Shown: positions 9,029 to 23,365, counted from the first letter of the stretch. The stretch: DNA of 64,000 nucleotides from Eledone cirrhosa (GCA_964016885.1 OZ024741.1:303986001-304050000); one strand, 5' to 3'. Notes: a model not told the origin generated them from the letters alone. Translations and numbers: made by a program.

Positions 9029-11215
9029 ATGCAAATTCTGTCAAAAGGACTGAAATTCACACCGACTCCAACAGTCAACCACCAAGAACTGAAGGAGGAT
9101 ACCCAAGAATTCTGTCGAAAATTACGTCTTGTAGAATTCTTCGCTGATAAAAATAATGAGAGTGATGAATCACTAGTAAAGAATAAATCAAATTTCACTC
9201 CGCCAAAAGGAAGAAATATCTATCTCGACCAATACATTGACATCCTGTCTAAATTTCCTCTTAGACATAATACTAATGTTAGGCCAAACATTAACAAATC
9301 AGAAATGTCTGCACTTAAACGTATACAAAATGATAAAACAATAATAATTAAACAAGCAGATAAAGGGGGTGCAGTTGTTATAATGGATACTGAATACTAC
9401 AAGGATTTGGTTGAGGAACAACTGAAAGACACAACATTCTATCATGAAATACCGTCAAATATAGACCACAACATCATGAAGAAGATCAACAACCTGGCTT
9501 CAAAATACCACAACTCATTTACTGATAAGGAAAGAGACTACATCACCAATTTTGAGCCGAAACCCAGCAACCTGTATGGCCTACCGAAAGTTCACAAGTC
9601 AAAAGAAATACAACTGGCAGTAAGAGAACAAAACAGTGAGTACATTAAATTATTACACCCAAAAGACTTAAAACTTAGACCTATTATAGCTGGTCCAACA
9701 TGCCCCACTCACCGTCTAAGCAATTTTGTTGACATTATTTTGAAACCACTATGTATTCACATACCCAGTTTCATCCGGGATGATATCGACTTCCTGTCCC
9801 ATCTTCCCAAAACCACGGAAACGAATTCACTTCTACTCAGTTTTGATGTGGTAAGCCTTTACACCAACATTACACATGATTTAGGAATAAAGGCGGTTAA
9901 ATACTGGGTGGAAAAACATAGAGAAGTGATTCCCATTAGATTCACAGCGCCATTTATATTAGACGCAGTTAAACTTATTCTGGAAAACAACACTTTCTTC
10001 TTCAATGGAAAGAATTACATCCAAATTAGAGGCACAGCGATGGGAACGAAGTTTGCTCCCGTTTACGCGAACTCTGTAATGGGATACTTAGAACAACAAC
10101 TCTACCAAGAAATAGAGGAAAAATATAGTACTGACTTTAGAAAGTACATTGAAAATTCTTGGAAGAGATACCTTGACGACTGTTTCATCATCTGGACAGA
10201 ATCTCTAGATACTCTGGATGAGTTCAATATCCTCCTGAATAACCTACACCCATCTCTCCAATTCACAAAAGAGATGAGTAGGACCAAATTACCATTCCTA
10301 GATATAATGATAATCAAAAACGACACCACCATTACCACGGATATATATTATAAACACACAGACACCCATCAATATCTGAATTTTAAGTCGTGCCATCCAC
10401 CTCATACAAAACGCAACATCCCATACTGCCTAGCCAGAAGAATTTGTACCATTGTAGAAGATACGAATACCAGGTACAAACGCCTAACAGAACTAAGAGA
10501 ATTTTTGCTCAAACAAAAATACCCATCTCTACTTATAGAAAATGGCATACAGCGGGCTATAAAAATACCTATACAACAACTTAGAACAACCCAAAGAAGA
10601 AGAAACCAAGAACTGGTCATACCATTTATAATGACACACAACCCATGTCACCAGAATATCTTCAACACTGCCAAAGCAAACCTACCGATCATTGCTCAAA
10701 GTAATGAATTAAAAGGCTTAATCACAGATCGATCTTTGACTCTTAGTAAAAGACAGCCAAAAAATTTGAAGCAATTGCTAACAAAAGCAAAGTTTGACCT
10801 TAACAACAAAGACCAATCATTCACTGTATCTAAATGCAATGATAATCGATGCGGCACATGTCAATCCATACACGCCGGTCAATATATGAAAACAAAAACT
10901 GGAAAAATATTCACAAATGCAAATATGAACTGCAAAAGCAGAAATCTAATTTACTGCATTAAATGCCCGAATTGTGAAGAACTATATGTCGGTCAAACTG
11001 GAAATGCACTATCGGAACGTGCACGGGTACACCGTCAACAAATCAGAGACCCAAATGTCCGTCAGATACCCCTAAGCGGCCACCTGGCAACATGTGGTCA
11101 GGGAATATTTATAATATTCCCATTCTACAAATTACACAGCCCAAATGAAATCAAGAGAAAAATCAAAGAAAAGAATTTTATTGATAAATTCAAACCCAAG
11201 CTAAATGAACAATAA
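9029..11215 (+). CDS. PLE ORF2: RT plus GIY-YIG endonuclease (copy B; frame open from 8888)
   Basis: Translation identical to 3465-5651. Confidence 0.95.
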   Translation: MQILSKGLKFTPTPTVNHQELKEDTQEFCRKLRLVEFFADKNNESDESLVKNKSNFTPPKGRNIYLDQYIDILSKFPLRHNTNVRPNINKSEMSALKRIQNDKTIIIKQADKGGAVVIMDTEYYKDLVEEQLKDTTFYHEIPSNIDHNIMKKINNLASKYHNSFTDKERDYITNFEPKPSNLYGLPKVHKSKEIQLAVREQNSEYIKLLHPKDLKLRPIIAGPTCPTHRLSNFVDIILKPLCIHIPSFIRDDIDFLSHLPKTTETNSLLLSFDVVSLYTNITHDLGIKAVKYWVEKHREVIPIRFTAPFILDAVKLILENNTFFFNGKNYIQIRGTAMGTKFAPVYANSVMGYLEQQLYQEIEEKYSTDFRKYIENSWKRYLDDCFIIWTESLDTLDEFNILLNNLHPSLQFTKEMSRTKLPFLDIMIIKNDTTITTDIYYKHTDTHQYLNFKSCHPPHTKRNIPYCLARRICTIVEDTNTRYKRLTELREFLLKQKYPSLLIENGIQRAIKIPIQQLRTTQRRRNQELVIPFIMTHNPCHQNIFNTAKANLPIIAQSNELKGLITDRSLTLSKRQPKNLKQLLTKAKFDLNNKDQSFTVSKCNDNRCGTCQSIHAGQYMKTKTGKIFTNANMNCKSRNLIYCIKCPNCEELYVGQTGNALSERARVHRQQIRDPNVRQIPLSGHLATCGQGIFIIFPFYKLHSPNEIKRKIKEKNFIDKFKPKLNEQ

Positions 11216-11590
11216 TAACGCCTAGGGGTATTACTTCTACTACCACTATGACCACGACCACTAACAACAACAACAACAACAATAATAATAATAATAAAAG
11301 TGATGTTGATGGTGATGATTAATAGAAAATGCTATTTTCATCATTTCAAAAAAGCAAAACAATTGATACGTTGGATATGACTATTGGTCGTTAGCATGTT
11401 CAACCAGCCGTGACGCTTAAACCAATCAGCTGTAGTAATTCAGTGAAACTACACACTGATTGGTCGAAATACAGTTTACAGGGCTTTGCATTCTGGAGCC
11501 ACTTTTCTCTGTATAAAATGTATAAAAGGTAGGAAATTTACCCATCTCATTACAGTTGAAAATTGCAAACTTGACTGTCACCACATATCA

Positions 11591-11629
11591 TGAACCTGAA
11601 GATTGCGAAAGCATGAAAGTACTTGTTCA
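11591..11629 (+). ncRNA. Minimal type I hammerhead ribozyme (PLE pseudo-LTR)
   Basis: tgaac-CTGAAGA-ttgc(gaaa)gcat-GAAA-gtac-tt-gttca; perfect stem I and palindromic stem III loop. Confidence 0.9.
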
Positions 11630-11814
11630 ATTAACACTTAGAATTTAATATTCTATCATACTATTTCATTATAATACCATTATATATATTTTAAAGGATT
11701 GTAAATAAAACGAGTAAATCAGACAAAGTTGGAATTCCTCTTATTAATATATATATATATATATACACACATACATACATACATATATATATATATTTAT
11801 ATATATATATATGT

Positions 11815-12203
11815 ATGATGGCTGCCAACTCGTTTTCGAGTACGGCCACTACTTTATATCCATGTAGGAGAACCCCGACCGATGCGCTGAACAAGTGTGA
11901 CTTTTTAGTCCAGCCAGCGACTTGAAAACTCTGGTACAAACACTACACTTGTGACAATTATTGACACATAGTGCTGGGCCCATGGTACCATGTGATGACA
12001 AGTGCAGAGAGATCTCCAGATATAAAGCAATGCCTGTGCCGTGAAGCTTTTATAGTGAGCAAAGGCACTGCACAAAGCCAGTCCCACTCTCTTAACCAAG
12101 ATGATATTTACCAAAAAGAAGAACAAGTCAACATCATTGGATACCATCAGGGTTGCAGGTGTTATATCAGAGTTTTCCTTCTCCTAGAATTCTGCCTTGA
12201 CAA
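11815..12203 (-). mobile_element. LINE 3' end (RTE-like, C2H2 zinc-finger tail); near-duplicate of 15798-16185
   Basis: Same sequence as 15798-16185; ends in ggcagccatcat next to a CATA/ATGT microsatellite. Confidence 0.65.
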
Positions 12204-12228
12204 TATATATACATATATATATACACAC

Positions 12229-12470
<242 letters not shown>

Positions 12471-12520
12471 GTATATATTTTGATTATGCGAATATTTTTC
12501 ATTTGATAACATTCATTTTG

Positions 12521-12587
<67 letters not shown>

Positions 12588-13183
12588 TATACCATTAGTT
12601 GTTTGTAAGGGAAAATATGAAAATAAATAATATCAAAAGTAATGTCTGACAAATCATAGAATAAATGAAGCCTGTATGGAAGGATATTATATTGATATTT
12701 AATGGAATCCAAAAAGGAGGAAAAACGATAAAGGTTTTAGAGATGAATGTTTAGAATATAAGTTTCAAAAATCTGATATTTTATTTTGTCAACACCGGAA
12801 GGATGACAGGGAGACCCGAGCAAAATTTTAACTGGAGGAACTATTAAGTTATATGGCGGGGTGATAAATGTTTCAGTATTTCCGTTATTAGAAACTAGGG
12901 TTATTTAACTTAGCCATTGTATTTCGATTATCTCTGAAAAAGATGTTCGTTATATTACGTGTACTGGCGGGAGAGATACGTATATATTTTGATTTTCTTC
13001 TATAGTTATTAAAAGTGATATCGTGAGATTTGGAGGGGTTTCAAAGAAACTGGTTTCTAGTTGCAAGGTAAGGCTAACATACAAAGGGGAAGGAGATGAT
13101 GTATATGTATATTCGGCTTTGTTTGTACAACACTCACGAGCGTATCTATGAATATCTGTGTACGCATGTCAGTCCGCCTTTCT

Positions 13184-13295
<112 letters not shown>

Positions 13296-14093
13296 ATTTA
13301 TACAGATAAAAGTGAAAACAATTAAATAAATAAAAGTAAATTTTAATCTTTAATAATTGATGGAATAACCGAACCGGGTATCCAACGATGTAAAATATTT
13401 GAACAAATACATAAGTGTAAAGTAGGTAAGGCCATAAAGATTCCAAAAGTTAATATTAGCAATATAACTTTTTAAAATGCTTCTTATTTCGAGCAGTCTC
13501 TGTGGTTACGTGGTACAACTGCTGGTTATATAATTGTGTAACTACTAATTTTGATTGGCAAAGACTGTTCTAAGTTCAATCATCTCATCTCGTCTAAAAA
13601 GAAAGGCATCGCTGGGTTGAAGCCCCGCTTGAGTGTGAAAACCGAAGCTCATTTCTGCTATTTTTTGGATGTCTATATTTCACATCTTTCTTTATTGGAG
13701 AAGGTAAGAAAGTTTTAATATATTCTATAATCCGTATTTTTCCATTACAAGTTTACGGTCAATTGCATTCACAGAAATAGAGATGACTTTTTTTTATTTT
13801 TTTTATTCGATATAGAAATTAAATAATAATATTGTAATTGTGTGTGTGCCTTTTTGTCTCTTCCTGGCAACAAATAATTTTAGAACCAGTCCGCTAATGA
13901 ATACATACATACATACATACATAGCCCCCCCACACACACATGCATACATACATACATACATACACACACATACATACATGCATACATACCTCCACACATA
14001 CACACACACATACATACATACATACATACATACATACATACATACATACATACATACATACATACATACATACATACATACATACATACATAC

Positions 14094-15780
14094 ACTTTGT
14101 TCTCTCACTAAATCCACTATCTTACCTACTCAGAAACAAGGTGGACAAAGAAGTGGATCCAGAAGTATCTCCCATCTTTTCTTTGTTGATGACCTGAAGC
14201 TGTATGGGCCAAATATCAATGACATCAAGAAACAAGTGGACCTCATTACACAATTTTCAACAGACATCAAAATGAAAATTGGTGAGTCCAAGTGTGCATA
14301 TTTGGCAGTAAAACGTGGAAGAGCTGTGCCCTCCTCTAGAAATCTAGAGATGAACGGCCTGTCAATACAACCGCTACAGTCAGGTGACAACTACAGATAT
14401 CTTTGACAGGATGAGAATGTCAGATATGATGGACCCATAAATAAGGAGAGAACCAGAACTGAATACCTCAAGAGTAAAGAAAATATGATCATCAGAACTG
14501 TCAGCGTACAACAAATACATTGCCCACAATACTTATGCTGTACCAATTCTAACGCCAACATTTGGCCTGCTGAACTGGTCATTGCAAGAACTAAGTGAGA
14601 TGGATGTTAGAACTCGAAAACTTCTCAGTGTTACTGGGAACTTTAACATCAATGGTGATGTGGATAGGCTATACTTCTCACGCAAGGAAGGTGGCCGGGG
14701 TCTAAAATCCATATTAACAACATATGAGACCCGGGTAGTAACACTGAAGCAACACTTTCAACAGAGGAAAAAGGTTGGCAACCATCTTGCCCAAGTTTAT
14801 GAGCATGAAAAAAAAAATCATTAGAATAGCGACTGATCTGGAGAAGAGATATGGAATAAAGCCTGATATAAATCTCTCACCCAGAGAAATCGGAAATTCA
14901 ATGTTCAAACAAGATGAAAAAATTGACCAATTTACAGAAAAAGTTGTGCATGGATACTTGAGACGTAAAACACAGACCATAGAGGGGATAAACCACAAAA
15001 AGCCTGGCATGGAGTTCCGACAAGTTTATGACATCACACATTGAGGGATATCTCTATGCAATACAGGAACAAGAACTCCCTACCAAATATCTGCTGCACA
15101 AAAGGGGAGGGCCAGCAGCTGACAATAAATGTAGGCTATGTAAAACAAAGATCGAAGATGTAAGCCACATTGTTGCCAGCTGCGAAAGAATGTCATCTCG
15201 CTACTACCTCCCATGAGACACGATGGGATAGCTAGAACCATCTGGAAAGCACTTCGGAAAACAAAATTAACAACAAATGAGGAAGAATATATTGAGACAG
15301 ATGGCACTAAGGAATACTGGTGGAACCTGAAAATAAAAACTGCCGCCAAATTAAAGCACAACCGGCCTGATATTGTTGTTTGGGACCACACATTGAAAAC
15401 GTGTTCTGTTGTGGAGATCAGCTGCCCACTTGATGTAAACGTTGTCAGAAAAATACAGGAGAAGGAGGACATCTACGGACCATTGATGAGGAGTTTACAA
15501 ATCCAGTATCCAAGATACACCTTTAGCTTCATACCTATCATTATTGGAGCTACGGGTTATATACCAACCCGCTTGGACCAAAGTATGACTGAACTTGGAT
15601 TTGCGGACAAAAAGCGCAGCTCCCTAATTCATAGTCTACAAATGGCTGCGATAGCTGGCACCTTCAAAATTTGCAAAACATTCTTGCGATTCAAGGGATG
15701 ACAATTTCTTTTCTTTTACAACCTTGCCACCAGGAAGGTGGCCGGTCAAAAAAATATACTCGAAATTAAGAGAAAGAGAC
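14094..15780 (+). pseudogene. 5'-truncated R4/Dong-like non-LTR retrotransposon (RT C-terminal part, CCHC finger, restriction-like endonuclease) with stops and frameshifts
   Basis: HLFFVDDLKLY; RKEGGRGL; CRLCKTKIEDVSHIVASC; RHD; NRPDIVVWD...VVEISCP. Flanked on both sides by (CATA)n. Confidence 0.88.
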
Positions 15781-15797
15781 ATGCATACATACATACA

Positions 15798-16205
15798 TGG
15801 TGGCTGCCAACTCGTTTTCGAGTATGGCCATTACTGTATAACCATGTAGGAGAACCCCTACCGATGCGCTGAACGAGTGTGACTTTTTAGTCCAGCCTGC
15901 GACATGAAAACTCTGGTACAAACACTACACTTGTAACAATTATTGACACATAGTGCTGGGCCCATGGTACCATGTGACGACAAGTGCAGAGAGATCTCCA
16001 GATATAAGTAATGCCTGTGACGTGAAGCTTTTATAGTGAGCAAAAGCACTGCACAAAGCCAGTCCCACTCTCTTAACCAAGATGATATTTACCAAAAAGA
16101 AGAACAAGTCAACATCATTGGATACCATCAGGGTTGCAGGTGTTATATCAGAGTTTTCCTTCTCCTAGAATTCTGCCTTGACAAAAGCTAAGGGGTCATC
16201 TCTCC
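15798..16205 (-). mobile_element. LINE 3' end (RTE-like) with C2H2 zinc finger and (ATGT)n tail
   Basis: CSVCTRVFMSQAGLKSHTRSAH followed by ggcagccacc(atgt)n. Confidence 0.7.
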
Positions 16206-16299
16206 CGGAGATACATACATACATACATACATACATACATACATACATACATACATACATACATACATACATACATACATACATACATACATACATACA

Positions 16300-16592
16300 T
16301 GATGGCTGCAAATTCTGTTAAGAGTATTGCAATCGCTTGTCAGATTCAGATGTGTGACGCTCGGATATGGCTTTTCAAACCTACTAGAGACTTGCACTTC
16401 TTAGCACATTGTCAACTATGGATCTCGCAGGCCTCAGGTCTTGCATCAGGCTGTTTGTGAATCTTCACAATACCGTGGAGATCATAGTTCACTGGTTCTC
16501 TTTGAACATGGCTGTGACTGTGGCTCCTGAGACCAGATTTGCTCAAGCAAATTTTTCCACACTCAGGGTACTTCAATTCAATGAAGATACCG
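16300..16592 (-). mobile_element. LINE 3' end (RTE-like) with zinc-finger remnant and (ATGT)n tail
   Basis: ECGKICLSKSGLRSHSHSH; ends gcagccatc(atgt)n. Confidence 0.65.
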
Positions 16593-16807
16593 ACATACAT
16601 ACATACATACATACATACATACATACATACATACATACATACATACATACATACATACATACATACATACATCAGTGATTGGTAAGGTTGAGTATCTATG
16701 TAATGTAAAGTTTTCTAACACAACACACATCTCAATGAAAGCAATCTTCCGCATTCAGTGAGTTTCGTGGTATTTGATAATGCTGTCACATTTTTATATA
16801 CATTAAC

Positions 16808-17063
16808 CGGGGTTTATTTGAAGGACATTTTAGAGCTACACAAATCTTTGAGGCATGTGTTATGATCCGGTGTATTATATTCTCTGTGTCTGAGAAACAT
16901 TTGTAATGTCTATTTCTAACATTTTATGAATGCTTTAAGTCTTTAAGCATCATTTACCATGAATGTGCATGTAGTATTTGAGCCGAAATGTAAATTTAGT
17001 GCAGAAAAATAGATTTAGAACTATACAGAATGGGATTTAGAACGAGATAAAATTATATAAGAA
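16808..17063 (+). repeat. Dispersed repeat hosting the 22-bp satellite (resumes at 20833-20870)
   Basis: Homologous to 54219-54470 (+) and 56655-56912 (-). Confidence 0.7.
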
Positions 17064-20000
17064 CTACATAGAATTAGATTTAGAATATCACAGAATTAGA
17101 TTTAGAACTACACAGAATTAGATTTAGAACTACACAGAATTAGATTTAGAACTACACAGAATTAGATTTAGAACTACACAGAATTAGATTTAGAATATCA
17201 CAAAATTAGATTTAGAACTACACAGAATTAGATTTAGAATATCACAAAATTAGATTTAGAACTACACAGAATTAGATTTAGAACTACACAGAATTAGATT
17301 TAGAATATCACAAAATTAGATTTAGAACTACACAGAATTAGATTTAGAATATCACAAAATTAGATTTAGAACTACACAGAATTAGATTTAGAATATCACA
17401 AAATTAGATTTAGAACTACACAGAATTAGATTTAGAATATCACAAAATTAGATTTAGAACTACACAGAATTAGATTTAGAACTACACAGAATTAGATTTA
17501 GAATATCACAAAATTAGATTTAGAACTACACAGAATTAGATTTAGAACTACACAGAATTAGATTTAGAATATCACAAAATTAGATTTAGAACTACACAGA
17601 ATTAGATTTAGAATATCACAAAATTAGATTTAGAACTACACAGAATTAGATTTAGAACTACACAGAATTAGATTTAGAATATCACAAAATTAGATTTAGA
17701 ACTACACAGAATTAGATTTAGAACTACACAGAATTAGATTTAGAATATCACAAAATTAGATTTAGAACTACACAGAATTAGATTTAGAATATCACAAAAT
17801 TAGATTTAGAACTACACAGAATTAGATTTAGAATATCACAAAATTAGATTTAGAACTACACAGAATTAGATTTAGAATATCACAAAATTAGATTTAGAAC
17901 TACACAGAATTAGATTTAGAATATCACAAAATTAGATTTAGAACTACACAGAATTAGATTTAGAACTACACAGAATTAGATTTAGAATATCACAAAATTA
18001 GATTTAGAACTACACAGAATTAGATTTAGAATATCACAAAATTAGATTTAGAACTACACAGAATTAGATTTAGAACTACACAGAATTAGATTTAGAATAT
18101 CACAAAATTAGATTTAGAACTACACAGAATTAGATTTAGAACTACACAGAATTAGATTTAGAATATCACAAAATTAGATTTAGAACTACACAGAATTAGA
18201 TTTAGAACTACACAGAATTAGATTTAGAATATCACAAAATTAGATTTAGAACTACACAGAATTAGATTTAGAATATCACAAAATTAGATTTAGAACTACA
18301 CAGAATTAGATTTAGAATATCACAAAATTAGATTTAGAACTACACAGAATTAGATTTAGAATATCACAAAATTAGATTTAGAACTACACAGAATTAGATT
18401 TAGAACTACACAGAATTAGATTTAGAATATCACAAAATTAGATTTAGAACTACACAGAATTAGATTTAGAACTACACAGAATTAGATTTAGAATATCACA
18501 AAATTAGATTTAGAACTACACAGAATTAGATTTAGAATATCACAAAATTAGATTTAGAACTACACAGAATTAGATTTAGAATATCACAAAATTAGATTTA
18601 GAACTACACAGAATTAGATTTAGAATATCACAAAATTAGATTTAGAACTACACAGAATTAGATTTAGAATATCACAAAATTAGATTTAGAACTACACAGA
18701 ATTAGATTTAGAACTACACAGAATTAGATTTAGAATATCACAAAATTAGATTTAGAACTACACAGAATTAGATTTAGAATATCACAAAATTAGATTTAGA
18801 ACTACACAGAATTAGATTTAGAACTACACAGAATTAGATTTAGAATATCACAAAATTAGATTTAGAACTACACAGAATTAGATTTAGAACTACACAGAAT
18901 TAGATTTAGAATATCACAAAATTAGATTTAGAACTACACAGAATTAGATTTAGAATATCACAAAATTAGATTTAGAACTACACAGAATTAGATTTAGAAC
19001 TACACAGAATTAGATTTAGAATATCACAAAATTAGATTTAGAACTACACAGAATTAGATTTAGAACTACACAGAATTAGATTTAGAATATCACAAAATTA
19101 GATTTAGAACTACACAGAATTAGATTTAGAATATCACAAAATTAGATTTAGAACTACACAGAATTAGATTTAGAATATCACAAAATTAGATTTAGAACTA
19201 CACAGAATTAGATTTAGAATATCACAAAATTAGATTTAGAACTACACAGAATTAGATTTAGAATATCACAAAATTAGATTTAGAACTACACAGAATTAGA
19301 TTTAGAACTACACAGAATTAGATTTAGAATATCACAAAATTAGATTTAGAACTACACAGAATTAGATTTAGAATATCACAAAATTAGATTTAGAACTACA
19401 CAGAATTAGATTTAGAACTACACAGAATTAGATTTAGAATATCACAAAATTAGATTTAGAACTACACAGAATTAGATTTAGAACTACACAGAATTAGATT
19501 TAGAATATCACAAAATTAGATTTAGAACTACACAGAATTAGATTTAGAACTACACAGAATTAGATTTAGAATATCACAAAATTAGATTTAGAACTACACA
19601 GAATTAGATTTAGAATATCACAAAATTAGATTTAGAACTACACAGAATTAGATTTAGAACTACACAGAATTAGATTTAGAATATCACAAAATTAGATTTA
19701 GAACTACACAGAATTAGATTTAGAACTACACAGAATTAGATTTAGAATATCACAAAATTAGATTTAGAACTACACAGAATTAGATTTAGAATATCACAAA
19801 ATTAGATTTAGAACTACACAGAATTAGATTTAGAATATCACAAAATTAGATTTAGAACTACACAGAATTAGATTTAGAATATCACAAAATTAGATTTAGA
19901 ACTACACAGAATTAGATTTAGAATATCACAAAATTAGATTTAGAACTACACAGAATTAGATTTAGAACTACACAGAATTAGATTTAGAATATCACAAAAT

Positions 20001-20832
20001 TAGATTTAGAACTACACAGAATTAGATTTAGAATATCACAAAATTAGATTTAGAACTACACAGAATTAGATTTAGAACTACACAGAATTAGATTTAGAAT
20101 ATCACAAAATTAGATTTAGAACTACACAGAATTAGATTTAGAACTACACAGAATTAGATTTAGAATATCACAAAATTAGATTTAGAACTACACAGAATTA
20201 GATTTAGAATATCACAAAATTAGATTTAGAACTACACAGAATTAGATTTAGAACTACACAGAATTAGATTTAGAATATCACAAAATTAGATTTAGAACTA
20301 CACAGAATTAGATTTAGAACTACACAGAATTAGATTTAGAATATCACAAAATTAGATTTAGAACTACACAGAATTAGATTTAGAATATCACAAAATTAGA
20401 TTTAGAACTACACAGAATTAGATTTAGAATATCACAAAATTAGATTTAGAACTACACAGAATTAGATTTAGAATATCACAAAATTAGATTTAGAACTACA
20501 CAGAATTAGATTTAGAATATCACAAAATTAGATTTAGAACTACACAGAATTAGATTTAGAACTACACAGAATTAGATTTAGAATATCACAAAATTAGATT
20601 TAGAACTACACAGAATTAGATTTAGAATATCACAAAATTAGATTTAGAACTACACAGAATTAGATTTAGAACTACACAGAATTAGATTTAGAATATCACA
20701 AAATTAGATTTAGAACTACACAGAATTAGATTTAGAATATCACAAAATTAGATTTAGAACTACACAGAATTAGATTTAGAATATCACAAAATTAGATTTA
20801 GAACTACACAGAATTAGATTTAGAACTACACA
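17064..20832. repeat. 22-bp tandem satellite, about 171 monomers, two variants, higher-order structure
   Basis: A=ctacacagaattagatttagaa, B=tatcacaaaattagatttagaa, arranged as AB/AAB blocks. Confidence 0.97.
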
Positions 20833-21270
20833 AGCAGGGGTCAACTACATGTTAAAATAATCACTAATAATCACTAATATTGACCAGAGATTGGTTGATT
20901 TGGTATCCACGCCAGTGATAACTAGGTTTCCCAAAACTAAAGTTTATTCTGGAAGATATTTGTGTTGGAACAACAGCTTGATTAAATTGCGAGTAACCGA
21001 GTTGAGTGGAGACCAAAGCTAGACATGTTATACATGACGAGATGACAACTAGAGCATGGAATGGCATCTAGAAATGAACGAAGTGGGGGCTTCTATTGGT
21101 TTGTGAGTGTAGTGCTTTTTCTTGTCTTTAATGTATGTATGAATGCATAGACCAGTATCTACGGAGGGAGCCGTAGGGGTGCGGCCGTGACATACAGCAT
21201 CTTAGGCGCTTAAAACTCGGTGGAGCCTATCCTCTCTCCATGTCTGTAGACAGCCAATTTCTTCCAGAGA

Positions 21271-21324
<54 letters not shown>

Positions 21325-21328
<4 letters not shown>

Positions 21329-21485
21329 CGTCCCCTGTATTGGAGTGGTACATTTTTTTTTATCGACCTCGAAAGGATGAAAAGCAAAGTTAATCTCAGC
21401 GAGATTTAAACTCAGAAAACGCAAAGAACCGCAACGAATACCCCGAAGCATTCTATCCGACGTTATAATGGCTGCCAGTTCGCTT
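21325..21485 (-). mobile_element. tRNA-derived SINE (octopod-type core)
   Basis: ttatcgacctcgaaaggatgaaaagcaaagt...gatttaaactcag; same family as 30256-30439 and 45026-45205. Confidence 0.75.
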
Positions 21486-21599
21486 CCTTTAGTAATGCTT
21501 GTGAAAAAGCCAGGTGTCTATGATCATACAGTTAATGTTATCTGCATACTTTCACCACTGAGATCTCTGTTTTTGTAGCCAACAAAAGAACTTCTACAC

Positions 21600-21801
21600 C
21601 AGGCATGTCAAACGTGCGGCCCTTTACAAGTACACCTGCGGCCCGCATAAATGTTTTTATTGCGCGAGAATGTTTTATCTTCGTAATATAGAATATAAAA
21701 AATTAGTTGTAATGTGTGTGTAATTAATTGTCGTGTGTGGCCCTCAGACAACACATATGTGACTCATGTGGCCTCGGGGGACACTTAGTTTGACATGCCT
21801 G
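21600..21801. mobile_element. hAT-like MITE
   Basis: 14-bp TIR caggcatgtcaaac/gtttgacatgcctg; degenerate 8-bp TSD ttctacac/ctctacgc. Confidence 0.8.
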
Positions 21802-21984
21802 CTCTACGCGGTCACCCAACCAGCAAGAAATGACAACCAAACTTCCCTCAACTTACACATCCTACCTTCTCTGATATGGAGATGAGGACATATTAGATAT
21901 TCTAACCCTGTATTCTCCTAGACGTGAATGCTCACGGCTGGAAGGCTTAGATTATATGTCTAAATGACATTTCATCATCATCAT

Positions 21985-22330
21985 GTTCCCGTAACTGATG
22001 CAGTCTGTCGTTGGGGTGCCACCTTTGACGCCTTTGTCGTTGCTATTGGTCTCTATTCTCCTTTGTGACTAGTCCAGTCTTTGATGTTGTCTTTCTCTTC
22101 TTCGCCCCCCCCCCCCTCGACTGTGCCCTGAAGTATGGTTTTAGAAAAGGAATTGTGGCAAGATATATGACTATACCAGGCAAGCTTCCGTCTTTTCACC
22201 ATCGCAAGGAGTGGTTCCTGTCTGCTAGCATATTTGTTAACTTGCTGCCTGACAGAGCTGTTTGTTTTGTGCTCCGTGTATGGGATGTCTAGCAACCTTC
22301 TGATGCACTTGCACTCGAATGACTGAAGCT
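21985..22330 (-). pseudogene. RTE LINE 3' fragment
   Basis: MLDIPYTEHKTN...VKRRKLAWYSHI...KTILQGTVEG. Confidence 0.8.
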
Positions 22331-22985
22331 AAACAACAATGTTCTATATGTTCTATGTTGATGTGCAAGTATGTACGAATACTGTGGCTAATATAGAGGC
22401 TCGTGGACTGTGATTGAATTTGGTCATCTTTCCTGAGCCAATGTATTAACGACTTTATTTGCTGGTACGGCCTGCTAGAAATAGTTGCCAAATTTCTCTC
22501 ATCTCAAATCACAACGTTTTAATTAAGAGTAGAACATATTGGACAATGTAATCCTAGATATTCTATGTCAGGATAAAATACCGGATAGTTATGGCTGGAA
22601 TACATTTTGACCATAGGTCGTCTAGAAAACAACTGGCTATGGGCTAAACAACACTGATTCCTATAATGTGTTACAACGAAAGAGGTATCACAGTCATGGA
22701 TCATGCATGGACTACAGTTTCATGCCTGTTCCATGGAATGTAACCAGGAGCTAATTCTATTGCATTTTTGTGTGATATTATTCATTCAGAGTTTAGCGTA
22801 CCTATCCTAGTTTACTTTGTGCAGCTTTTTTAATTCTTATCAGAAGAAACATAGATTTATTTTTGTTTTGTTTTGATTTGTTGTATGTTTGTGGGAGGAG
22901 GATATATTTCTTAATAGTTATATTTTCTGATAAGACACAAAACTTGTACAAAGTAGATTGCGGTACGTTGTCGTCGTCGTCGTTG

Positions 22986-23365
22986 TCTTCTTCTTCTTCT
23001 TCTTCTTCTTCTTCTTCTTCTTCTTCTTCTTCTTTTTCTTCTTCTTCTTCTTCTTCTTCTTCTTTTTCTTTTTCTTTTTCTTCTTCTTCTTCTTTTTCTT
23101 CTTCTTCTTCTTCTTCTTCTTCTTCTTCTTCTTCTTCTTTTTCTTTTTCTTTTTCTTCTTCTTCTTCTTTTTCTTTTTCTTCTTCTTCTTCTTCTTCTTC
23201 TTCTTCTTCTTCTTCTTCTTCTTCTTTTTCTTTTTCTTCTTCTTCTTCTTCTTCTTCTTCTTCTTTTTCTTTTTCTTTTTCTTCTTCTTCTTTTTCTTTT
23301 TCTTCTTCTTCTTCTTCTTCTTCTTCTTCTTCTTCTTCTTCTTCTTCTTCTTCTTCTTCTTCTTC
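22986..23365. repeat. (TTC)n / (GAA)n tract with TTT interruptions; expanded LINE tail
   Basis: About 380 bp of pure pyrimidine, directly adjoining the RTE 3' end at 23366. Confidence 0.95.

Noticed and set aside
12590-13100. Additional decayed PLE coding fragment
   Set aside because: The composition is suggestive but I could not read a convincing motif.
17064-20832. CRISPR-like array (constant aattagatttagaa with a short variable part)
   Set aside because: Only two short alternating variants, no unique spacers, no cas genes, eukaryotic context; it is a satellite.
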